From Azolla caroliniana (lineage: Eukaryota > Plantae > Polypodiophyta): DNA of 64,000 nucleotides. The notes below the pieces were generated by a model, which saw nothing but the letters and a program-made list of their open reading frames with translations, was not told the DNA's origin and made no database searches. Position numbers and translations under genes: made by a program. How positions within the stretch are numbered: the stretch's first letter is position 1; each line of letters starts with the position of its first letter. Below are positions 50,321 through 60,901 of the stretch, piece by piece. The stretch spans positions 3,534,001 to 3,598,000 of the forward strand of contig JBHGNT010000015.1 of assembly GCA_043228905.1 (NCBI GenBank). The letters are read 5' to 3'.

Positions 50321-50745
50321 ATCATACATAATGAAACTTGAAAGTGGTAACAATGATAGCACTAGCAAGCTTTTTTTATTTATGTAGGCCCACATGTCCC
50401 TTTTCATCGAAATCACCATATAATTGTAACAATAAAGCAATATATTCATGCTAGCTTCAACAAAAGAATGTTGGAAATGTGTATGATTAAGAGAAGTCCA
50501 TGTATAACCCATTATTCTATGTAAAGATGATAACATGATGGGTATTTTGAAAGAACATCATACATAATGAAACTTAAAAGTGGTAACAATGATAACACTA
50601 GCAATCCATTTTTTATTTATGTAGATCCACATGTCCATTTTCATCGAAATCACCATATAAGCGTAACAATAATGAAATAAATTCATGCTAGCTTCAACAA
50701 AAGAATGTTGGAAATGTGTATGATTAAGAGAAAGTTCATGTATAC
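50321..50745. repeat. ~185-bp direct repeat x2 (period ~237 bp)
   Basis: ATCATACATAATGAAACTT(G/A)AAAGTGGTAACAATGAT...GTGTATGATTAAGAGAA at 50321 and 50558. Confidence 0.9.
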
Positions 50746-53589
50746 TTACACTGTACACATATACATGCACAAATATATATACACAATCACATACACAAAT
50801 GTGTATACACAATCATATCAACACGCACAAGCACATCGTATATATGGTTGAGCAAAGTTGAGACTCCCGATCACATGAAACTTGAAATTAAGCACATAGT
50901 TACACCTTATGACGATTAAATTTGAAAATAAGATCAAACTTGCAAACATACAGTTTGGGGGTAGGCTTTCGATGCCTTTGCATATCAGTAAGTTTACATC
51001 AACTAAACTTTGGGACAAGAACGTAAATTACTTGTAACAAAAAGGGATAGGTATCTACATATACTTTAAGTTGTAGTAGTAGCTAAACCTAGTTTGCAAT
51101 AAGAGTTTGTCTATCTTATGAACTTTGTATTTCTGCAACATGGGATTGTTTATTTCTTCATTTTGATATACAAAGTGAACATCATACTATTTTTTTGTAT
51201 TAGAAGTAAACCTAATGTTGTGCACGTTATTAAATACATAATAAAAGTCTCTCGAAAGATTTTGTACAATAATGGTGACAAATACAATTTACTTTCTTTC
51301 TTAAAATAATTTGGGTTTTTATGTCTTCACAAGCATTATTTGATGTCAACATGCATGCTTGATGTTATTCTATTGTACTAACTCTTGAGCAACATATTGA
51401 GATTCCTATATTCTTCAACTACACACATGTAGAATGAAGTCAAGGGGATCAAATCATTCCTATTACTCTAAGATGACGTCTTCAAAGTAACGATAACGAC
51501 ACTGACATACTTCAAAACATGATTAAGTCACGTGGGTAGGGATCTTGTAACTTTAGATAGTTATTTTTTAGTTTGATACTTCCATGGGTTAATTTCTTAC
51601 TTTATGATGTCAATAATAAGAGGATTGGCTTTTTACACTTGTAGTCTCACCATCTTGCATACGAAGGGTATAATAGAATTGGGGTTATTAGTAGTGACAT
51701 TTACCAAAGTAAGGCAAAAAGTACGAAATATTGTGAGATTTGGTCCTATTTTTGTAAACTTCTTAGATATTCATGAACTAGATATTTGTCAAAGTATGTA
51801 AACTCTAACGTATGTAACAACTCCAACTAAAAAATGAAACCTCCAATATTAGCAAAACTTAATTGTAATTCATCCAATGTATATTCTACCTAGGTTGTAT
51901 CGATAAAGCAAATGCTTATTTGTAGATTAATGGACGATTTATTTACTTGTATGTTAAGGTAATGGCCATATGAATAGCAATGCAATATGCGTGGAAAGTT
52001 GGCACATTGTTTTAAGTCCATAATGTGAAAACCTTTAATAAGAAATTGATATTTGTGCATGGGTATAGGGATGCTTAATGTTTAGAAAAAGAAGAGGCGT
52101 TTTATGATGATGTGACATTTAGAAATTGTATCTTATCCTAGCTGAGTATGATTGGAAAAAATGTAGTGAATACACATTATCAGGTGAAAAGTAACATGTT
52201 CGTTTGACTATTCGTTAATGCAGGTCAATCCTTTGTTCTAATTTTAAGTTTTATTTCCTAGTCAAGACAATGTCAAGGAAACCAAATACGTTGATCTTTG
52301 TATGGGTGGTACTCGAGGCAACGTTTAGTTTGCCAACCTTCTTTGTATTATCGTCAGGAATGGTCATAGCATTCTCATGCTCACCAATTCATTCGTAGGT
52401 GCAATACTTATGTTGAACATTTACTTATTGTCATGTCAAAGTAGAGAAAGCAACCATGCTCTTATGTGTCAATAAAATACATCAAAAGAAGGTTTTAATC
52501 TGTACACATTTTGTACATTTGTTTGACTTCCACAATAGCCGCGTCAAAATTTGACCACGCCTAATTTGCATTGACCACTATATAAATGGTTGAACTCATA
52601 ATATGAACAATATACTAAGGAGCTTCTTACTCAAATCATTAGGCAATTCCAATTAATGTTTAGCTTTAGTTTTTCTTTATAGTTAACATTATAGCATAAT
52701 AGTTTTGTTCTCTTTTGGATTACCACTGATGGAGGTAGGTTTGAATGGGACTAATTTTAGGCTAGTAAGGAAAGCTTGAGTGACATATTACTTATACTTA
52801 ATTATAACTTGCAATGTCAAATCACATTAACTAATTTGACATGCGCTTTATATGCTATCTTCATATTTTCTTTTCCATTTCCCTTCACTCCTCTTGGTGC
52901 ATTGATTTTCTGTTTACTTCTAGGTAACCCCTTTCCCCTAAACACTAGTAGTGGGTTTAGGAAAACTATAGAGAGAAGCAAAAAATCAAGGAGTTCTAAT
53001 AAACTAAATACCTCGAAGGTAAACTTGTATGGCTTACAATCACTTCGAATTTTATGGTAAGTTGTACCTTGTAACAATGGGAAAGTGAATAAAGATCGTC
53101 TTAATGATTTTATCAACATTATGAATGCATCAAGAGTTTGGTTGATTGAAGACTACATGTTATTTCTCGTCTCAACTATTTTTATTTTCTATGAAATAAC
53201 TCGATGAATAATTCCAATGTAGCCATAAATTGTTCCCAAGTTAAATCCCAATGAATTAGATGTGAGGATTGATAATTTGATTGTCCTTGAGCTGTCCAAG
53301 GAACATCTTAGTGCATTGCCAAGACCGTCACAAATTTCCAACAAACACCAAAACATTATTTCCATGTAGATGATGGTATAGTTATTTCTCACAAAATGGT
53401 ACAAGTATGTTAAACATTGAGTATCAATTCTTATGTTAGTACACACTCACTCGAACAAGAGATCCTCACTTTATTGATGTCTAAAGGTGAGTTACCCTAT
53501 CCCCTCCCTCTCTCTTTGACACACAAATGCAAATCTTTGTCTTTTGAATGCATGCAAGATATAGAAAATTGGTTTTGGAAGATGGGATG

Positions 53590-54140
53590 CAAAACACTTG
53601 CTTCATGATGCATCAATAGATTTATTTGTGAATGAGGCCTTTTTGCAACACCTTTGTATCATGATATAGGGAAAATGTGGCGGCTCATGCTTCATATATT
53701 ATACTACAATATATGTTTCACCTCAATGCAAAATCATATTCTTTGCTAAACAAGGAAACCACACAAATCAAGTCATGTTAGAGCCCATTTTGTAATATGT
53801 CATCTGAATCATTAGTTCCATATGACTTAGTTCACACTCACTTTGATGCCATGAGATGAGATGTCTGGGCACAAGTGACGAGACTAGTGGTGATGTTGAG
53901 TATTAGACTTTGAGACAGTTCGCTACCTTTGATCACATTCGACTATGGTTTCAACACATCTTTGACCAAACCCAATCCTTGCTCAAATTTCTCTCTCAAT
54001 CACAATGTGTATTGTCAATTGCAACATTCATTAACAAAATTCTTGAACATCAAGATTCACTACTCACTTTCACTTGTACTACATGAAAATGCTATTTATG
54101 GTCTCTTAGGTCATATTTGAACCTCGAAGACGACTACAAA
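53590..54140 (+). mobile_element. 3' fragment of the RTE-X-like LINE
   Basis: Homologous to the reverse complement of 28811-29400 (CCTTTGATCACATTCGAC..., TTCTTGAACATC, TAGGTCATATTTG). Confidence 0.72.
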
Positions 54141-55161
54141 TGCATTTGAATGAGGTTTTTTTTGCAGCACAAACGTATTACACATGATACTCTATGTTGC
54201 ACCAAAACACATATACTCCTATTATTAAAATGTGATTTTCCATCTATTCAGATTAGTTCACACTTTCATTCAGTGCATCTTTCCCTAGCTGATCCTTGCA
54301 CAAAGTTTGGACTCTTGTAGCTCTCTCTCTACATTTTTTCATTGGTGGAGGAACAATTTACTACAATAACATGATGTAATTGTTTTTGCATATCCTAAAA
54401 CTAGAGGTCCATAGATCATTTTGAATACTTACACACTTAAATTAGGCATGTGAGCTAAAAGGTATAAATAACAAACATTATTCATAGAGCTTTGAGATAT
54501 TATCAAGCATGGCTCAAAGGCATAGAAGGCCCCCTTTCAAATTATATGTCCATTGAGCATTAGCCACGGCCCATTGCTACCTAGTTAAAGGGTAGTTCTA
54601 CACAAATGACAATATGACCATTTAGTTTGTATACATTTGGCCTATGCCCAATATTCTAAATTAGGAATATTAAACCTAATGGGGTCGTGAAAACTAAAAA
54701 GTATAACATTATTTTCATTAATAACCTTGATGCAATCTTGAGGAAATGGAAAGATGGTCTCAAGAAGACACCAAGACAAAATGTCAATTATGTTAGTGCA
54801 CCCAATTATGTCAATTTATTGGATCAATGGGTTCTCACAAGGTACACATCTTTGTATTGATAGAGTTTTGCCTCCATGCTAATACTTTAGGTCAAGGGGT
54901 ATGGATTGTCATATACGCTATTAATGGCATATTGGGCAAGGGTGATTGGGAATCACTCTCAAGCCACTAACCTTGCAAACTCTCACTCACCTGGCTCACA
55001 TAGATAACTTTAACAAGAAACTTAACTAATGTCTTATTAAAGATTAAGCATTAGTCATATTTAGACAAGCAAACAAACACTAGGAGAAACATGCTAATGA
55101 CACTTTGATTATTAGGTCACCACAACATGTACAATAGGGAGAGTGATTGTTGTTTGACTTA

Positions 55162-55209
<48 letters not shown>

Positions 55210-55546
55210 GTTATATTATCGTCTTCGGAGGTCAAATATGACCTATGAGACGAAAAATATTACATTTCACGTGATATGTGTGAAAGTGAGTAGTGACTCT
55301 CGATGTTCAAGAACTTTACCAATGAATGTTGCAATCGAGAGTGCACATTGTGGTTGTAAGAGGAATTCATGGAAGGATTAGGCTCGGTTGAAGAGATGTG
55401 GAAAGCATGGTCGAATATGATCAAAGGCAAAGCATTGTATCAAAGTGTGATACTCAGACTCATGAACTTGTTTAGGGCAAAGTGTGCATAGCCAACTTAA
55501 GGTGATCAATGGAGAGCATCTATGTTTAAGTTGGCCACAAACATAG

Positions 55547-58500
55547 TGTAAGGAATAGACCCTTCTATCCACCTTCTTATCTCGGCCACAACCGATTAAT
55601 CGCGGATCAATGGAGCAGAAAATAGGAAACACACGTAGAAACAAAACGAAGAAACGCGAGTACACAAGGATTAACGTGGAAAACCCTAAACGGGGAAAAA
55701 CCACGGGAGTACAAGACTCCAAACAACACTATACAGAGAAGTATACAATGACGAGCTCCAAGGCGACGACCTTGAGCTCGCTGTCCTCGCCACAGGCGGC
55801 GGAAATACACAGAGGCGTCTACCTCTTTCTCTCTCGCGCTCTCTCTCTTTCTCTCTCTCACGGCTGCTCTCTCTTCACTCCTCTAAAGTGGAAAAACAGA
55901 AAAATGAGAAGCAACAGAAAAACTGTTTGCCCTAAGTCATATTTATACTTATATGACTTTGGGCTATTTACAACTATAGCCTCAGGGGGCTCGTAGCGAA
56001 CATATTCACGGATATGTCCCTGCATCCGGATCGCTCTCCGGGTACATTCGTCATCCGGCACCGAAGCCGGGGTCTTCGTCATCCGGATCCGAAACCGAAA
56101 CCGGGCTTGTCGGCATTCATCTCCGATATCCGACCATCCCATCCGAAAGGGACCGAAATCCCAACAAACTCCCCCTTCACTTCGGCATGGGATGTCTTTC
56201 CAATCCGACCCTCTTCCGGCATGCTTCCAGCTTGTCGGGTGTGAGGACCTTGGTCAGCATATCCGACCCGTTCTCGTCCGTGTGGATCTTTGTCAGCACG
56301 AACTCCTTGTCTTCTATCCTTTCCCGGATCCAGTGATATCTTCGCTGGATGTGCTTCGTCCGGGAGTGATAGGCTGCGTTCTTCGCAAGGTGGATGGCAC
56401 TCTGACTGTCGCAGTAGAGTCGGTACTCCTCTTGCCGGATACCGAGCTCTCTAATGAAGTCCTTCATCCATATTATTTCCTTGCCGGCTTCAACAGCCGC
56501 CATGTACTCCGCCTCCGTGGTTGACAACGCAACCGTCTTCTGCAGCCTCGACTGCCACGAAACAGCTCCCCCTGCATACGTCATCACATACCCTGATGTG
56601 GACCGGCTGGTATCTGCATCAGCCGACATATCAGAATCAGTAAAGCCTTCGAGTTCGGGCTTACCGGAGCCGAATCGGAGGCACACGTTTGCCGTGCCCT
56701 TCAGGTATCGGAGTATCCACTTGACCGCGTTCCAGTGCTCTTTGCCGGGATTGCTCATGTACCGGCTCACCACTCCGACTGCATATCCGATGTCCGGTCT
56801 CGTACACACCATGGCGTACATCAAGCTCCCGACTGCTGAGGCATACGGCACTTTCATCATATCCTCCTTTTCAGCCTTTGTCTTGGGACTTTGCTTGCTG
56901 GACAGCTTGCAGTTTGCAGGGAGGGTCGATCCGACCGGTCTTGCTTCCCACATGTTGAACCGGTGAAGCACCTTCGTCACGTACTTCTCCTGTGACAGCC
57001 ACAACTGCTTCTTCTTCCTGTCCCGGATGATGTGCATCCCTAGTATTTGCCTCGCCGGACCCAGGTCCTTCATTGAGAAGGTTCGGTGAAGAGCCTTCTT
57101 CAGCATCCGTATCTTGACCTGGTCCCGTCCGACGATCAACATGTCGTCCACGTACAGGAGGAGTATTAGGGAGTCTCCTCCTTCGAACTTCTTCACAAAC
57201 ACGCAGTGGTCGGACTGCGTTTTGAGGTACCCTTCGTCGGTCATGAAGGAGTCGAACTTCCGGTACCATTGCCGGGGAGCCTGCTTCAGTCCGTAAAGGC
57301 TCTTCTTCAACCGGCATACCAGGTGCTCCTTCCCTTTCTTCTCGAATCCTTCCGGTTGCTGCATGTAGATCTCTTCATCGAGGTCACCGTGAAGGAATGC
57401 CGTCTTCACGTCCATCTGTTCTACCTCGAGGTCCATGCTTGCCGCTATGCTCAGCACCGTCCGGATGGAGGTCATCTTCACTACCGGGGCAAATATCTCG
57501 TCGAAGTCGACGCCCTTCTTCTGCTGAAACCCCTTCACCACGATCCTGGCTTTGTATCTCGGGGGGTTTCCGGCATCTCCCGGTTTCAGCTTGAACACCC
57601 ACTTGTTTCGCAGTGCCCGCTTTCCTTTCGGCAACTCCACAAGTTCATATGTGTGGTTCTCATGCAGGGAATCCATCTCGTCCTGCATGGCACTCAACCA
57701 CCTGCGGCTCTGGGTGTCATGCTTTGCTTCTTCAAAGCTCTCCGGCTCCCCCTCGTCGGTTAGCAACACGTGCTCTGGTTCCGGAAATCTCCGGGGGGCC
57801 CTTCTCTCTCTTAGAGGGTATCTCCGTTCCGGAGCTTCGGTAACCGGTTCTTCCGATTCTTCTTCTTCATCCGAATCCATTTCGGGATCGGGGCCGGTTC
57901 CGGTATCATTTTCATCTTCTTCGGCCGGTTCTGTTTCTTCACCGTCTTCGGCCGGATCCTCGAGTGTTAACCGGTCCCTTGCCGGTCGGGACTGCTCCTC
58001 GTAGAGTTGATCCTCACCGATCGACTTGGAGCTCTTCATCTTCTTCTCCGACTCCCAGTCGGCGAGTGTCTTGTCCTCCATGAAGATGATGTCTCGACTC
58101 CTGAATATCTTCTTGTCGACCGGGTCCCATACTCGGTAGCCGAACTCGTCGTCGCCGTAACCGAGGAATATGCATGGCCGGGTCTTAGGATCTAGCTTTC
58201 CTCTCCGGTCCTTTGCCACATGCACGTATGCGAGACACCCGAACACCTTCAGATGCCGGTAGGACACTTCCTTACCGGTCCACACTCTCTGCGGCGTGTC
58301 TCCATCCAAAGGCACTGAGGGTGATCTGTTTATCACGTATGTCGCCGTCGACATTGCCTCAGCCCAAAACCCCTTGGGTAATTTCGCATGCGCCAGCATA
58401 CTCCGGACCCGCTCCATTATGGTCCGGTTCATCCTCTCAGCCAGCCCGTTCAGTTCCGGCGTCTTCGGCACAGTAAACTCGAGCCGGATTCCCTTCGAGC

Positions 58501-60901
58501 GACAGTACTCCTGGAACTGCCCCCGGTATTCCCCTCCGTTATCCGCTCGTATCGCTTTCAGCTTCTTGCCGGATTCTCTTTCCACTCTCGCATGGAGTTC
58601 TTTGAAGACGGACAACACTTGGTCCTTTGTCTTCATCGGTGCTGTCCACAGTTTTCGGCTATGATCATCGATGAATGTTACGAAGTACTGGGCTCCGCCA
58701 TGTGACTTCGTCTCTACCTGACACACGTCAGTGTGCACCAACTCCAATGGTGCGCTACGTCTCGTCGGTGGCCTTGAGTGGAAGGAGGTTCGGTTCTGCT
58801 TACCGGCCAGGCAATCGGTGCACTTCTCCAGGTGCACGTGCTTCACTGGGATGAGGTTGTCTTCTGCAAGCCTCTTCATCCCCTTCTCACTCATGTGGCA
58901 CAGTCTTTTGTGCCACAGCTCACCGGCAGTGTCGGCTGCCACATTCAGCTCTTCCGGACATAACCGGGCATTCATCAGGTACAGTGTGTTGACCTTCCGG
59001 GCCCGAACCACTATCAAGCTCCCCTTGCTGAACTTCATGACACCGTTCCGGATGCTACCCGTGTAGCCTTCATCATCTAGCCTCCCGGCCGAAATCAGGT
59101 TCAATCGGACCTCCGGAACGTGTCGGACATCTTTCAGCAGCATTTTGCATCCGGTCGGGGTTGTCAACCACACGTCTCCTATGCCGGCAATCCGGCACGT
59201 ACCTTCATTTCCCATCCGAACACAGCCATGCTCGCCGGCTGTGTAGGATGAGAAGTATCTCTTCTCCGGGGTCAGGTGGAACGACGCTCCGGAATCGACC
59301 ACCCAGGTCATCTCTTCACCGGCAAGGTTTAGCTCCGTCTCTTCGGTAATGAGCATTATCTCTTCTTCACTTGCCGCGAATGCCGTCGTTCCTTTCCGGT
59401 CCTGCCCTCGCCGATCCGGACCTCTCCGGTCCGTGGCTCCCTGGTATGCACCGTTTCTCTCCGGTGACTTCTTCGAATCGGTGTCGTCGGCTCCGTTGTC
59501 CTTTCGGTAATGCCGACAGTTCTTCCGGAAGTGCCCCGGCTTCCCACAGTGGAAGCATGTTGGCCTTCCTCTTGACTGCGACCGGGTCCCCGACTTCTCC
59601 CGTCTTTGCGGACTCCGGTTCCATTGTCTTCCCCGATCCGATTCGGTAAACAGCATCTTCGGGTCGGAGGCCGGTTCCTTATCTCTCCGACGCGCTTCTT
59701 CATTCAGAATACTTGTCTTTACAGTTTGTAAGGACAAGTTATCTTCGGTGCACGAGGTGCTGAGAGTCACCGCCAAGTTCTCCCAGCTTTCCGGCAATGT
59801 ACACATCAGGATGATGGCTTGCATTGCATCCTCCAACGGGAACTTGATCGCCGCAAGCTGGTTCACGAATCCCATGAACGTGCTTACGTGTTCCACCATA
59901 CTCTCGCCGTCCCGATACTTGAGATTCACAATCTTCCTCATCAGGGAGGTCCGGTTCAACGCATTCTTCCTCTCATAGAGGCCAGACAGCTTCTTCCACA
60001 TCTCGTATGCGTTGGTGTCGTTCGCCACATGTTGCAGGACGCTTACGTCGACATATTGTCGGATCGTCGCTACGGCTTTCCGGTTCAGGAGCTTCCACTC
60101 CGACTCAAGTACCCCCTTCGGTATTTCCGACCTGTCAATCGGTTCGTACAGGTCCCGAACAATCAGAAGATCCTCCATCTTGATCTTCCAGTCGGCGTAA
60201 TTCTGTGCATTCAGCACCATCATCATCGGCTGCCCGCTGCCGCCGCCTTCCATTTTCTGCAACCTCGCTCTGATACCAGTTTGTAAGGAATAGACCCTTC
60301 TATCCACCTTCTTATCTCGGCCACAACCGATTAATCGCGGATCAATGGAGCAGAAAATAGGAAACACACGTAGAAACAAAACGAAGAAACGCGAGTACAC
60401 AAGGATTAACGTGGAAAACCCTAAACGGGGAAAAACCACGGGAGTACAAGACTCCAAACAACACTATACAGAGAAGTATACAATGACGAGCTCCAAGGCG
60501 ACGACCTTGAGCTCGCTGTCCTCGCCACAGGCGGCGGAAATACACAGAGGCGTCTACCTCTTTCTCTCTCGCGCTCTCTCTCTTTCTCTCTCTCACGGCT
60601 GCTCTCTCTTCACTCCTCTAAAGTGGAAAAACAGAAAAATGAGAAGCAACAGAAAAACTGTTTGCCCTAAGTCATATTTATACTTATATGACTTTGGGCT
60701 ATTTACAACTATAGCCTCAGGGGGCTCGTAGCGAACATATTCACGGATATGTCCCTGCATCCGGATCGCTCTCCGGGTACATTCGTCATCCGGCACCGAA
60801 GCCGGGGTCTTCGTCATCCGGATCCGAAACCGAAACCGGGCTTGTCGGCATTCATCTCCGATATCCGACCATCCCATCCGAAAGGGACCGAAATCCCAAC
60901 A
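55547..60901 (-). mobile_element. Intact, very young Ty1/Copia (Tnt1/Tork-like) retrotransposon; 620-bp LTRs 55547-56166 and 60282-60901
   Basis: TSD CATAG on both sides (55542-55546, 60902-60906); LTRs identical by eye; tRNA-iMet PBS at 60267-60278; PPT at ~56169-56178. Confidence 0.98.
56177..60253 (-). CDS. Copia Gag-Pol polyprotein (1358 aa from the ATG after the PBS)
   Basis: Single uninterrupted ORF: knuckle CFHCGKPGHFRKNC, protease VDSGAS, WHKRLCH, integrase HTD/D/E, GKLDPK, RT YVDD, RNaseH SDMLTK. Confidence 0.97.
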   Translation of the reverse strand: MEGGGSGQPMMMVLNAQNYADWKIKMEDLLIVRDLYEPIDRSEIPKGVLESEWKLLNRKAVATIRQYVDVSVLQHVANDTNAYEMWKKLSGLYERKNALNRTSLMRKIVNLKYRDGESMVEHVSTFMGFVNQLAAIKFPLEDAMQAIILMCTLPESWENLAVTLSTSCTEDNLSLQTVKTSILNEEARRRDKEPASDPKMLFTESDRGRQWNRSPQRREKSGTRSQSRGRPTCFHCGKPGHFRKNCRHYRKDNGADDTDSKKSPERNGAYQGATDRRGPDRRGQDRKGTTAFAASEEEIMLITEETELNLAGEEMTWVVDSGASFHLTPEKRYFSSYTAGEHGCVRMGNEGTCRIAGIGDVWLTTPTGCKMLLKDVRHVPEVRLNLISAGRLDDEGYTGSIRNGVMKFSKGSLIVVRARKVNTLYLMNARLCPEELNVAADTAGELWHKRLCHMSEKGMKRLAEDNLIPVKHVHLEKCTDCLAGKQNRTSFHSRPPTRRSAPLELVHTDVCQVETKSHGGAQYFVTFIDDHSRKLWTAPMKTKDQVLSVFKELHARVERESGKKLKAIRADNGGEYRGQFQEYCRSKGIRLEFTVPKTPELNGLAERMNRTIMERVRSMLAHAKLPKGFWAEAMSTATYVINRSPSVPLDGDTPQRVWTGKEVSYRHLKVFGCLAYVHVAKDRRGKLDPKTRPCIFLGYGDDEFGYRVWDPVDKKIFRSRDIIFMEDKTLADWESEKKMKSSKSIGEDQLYEEQSRPARDRLTLEDPAEDGEETEPAEEDENDTGTGPDPEMDSDEEEESEEPVTEAPERRYPLRERRAPRRFPEPEHVLLTDEGEPESFEEAKHDTQSRRWLSAMQDEMDSLHENHTYELVELPKGKRALRNKWVFKLKPGDAGNPPRYKARIVVKGFQQKKGVDFDEIFAPVVKMTSIRTVLSIAASMDLEVEQMDVKTAFLHGDLDEEIYMQQPEGFEKKGKEHLVCRLKKSLYGLKQAPRQWYRKFDSFMTDEGYLKTQSDHCVFVKKFEGGDSLILLLYVDDMLIVGRDQVKIRMLKKALHRTFSMKDLGPARQILGMHIIRDRKKKQLWLSQEKYVTKVLHRFNMWEARPVGSTLPANCKLSSKQSPKTKAEKEDMMKVPYASAVGSLMYAMVCTRPDIGYAVGVVSRYMSNPGKEHWNAVKWILRYLKGTANVCLRFGSGKPELEGFTDSDMSADADTSRSTSGYVMTYAGGAVSWQSRLQKTVALSTTEAEYMAAVEAGKEIIWMKDFIRELGIRQEEYRLYCDSQSAIHLAKNAAYHSRTKHIQRRYHWIRERIEDKEFVLTKIHTDENGSDMLTKVLTPDKLEACRKRVGLERHPMPK

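Noticed and set aside
55610-55996. 128-aa antisense ORF in both Copia LTRs
   Set aside because: Identity simply reflects LTR duplication; it is low-complexity with no recognisable motifs.
56192-60286. Many overlapping + strand ORFs
   Set aside because: Shadow ORFs of a GC-rich coding sequence.
60254-60457. 68-aa N-terminal extension of the Copia ORF in the ORF track
   Set aside because: It runs through the LTR and PBS from a non-ATG start; the real start is probably the ATG at 60253.
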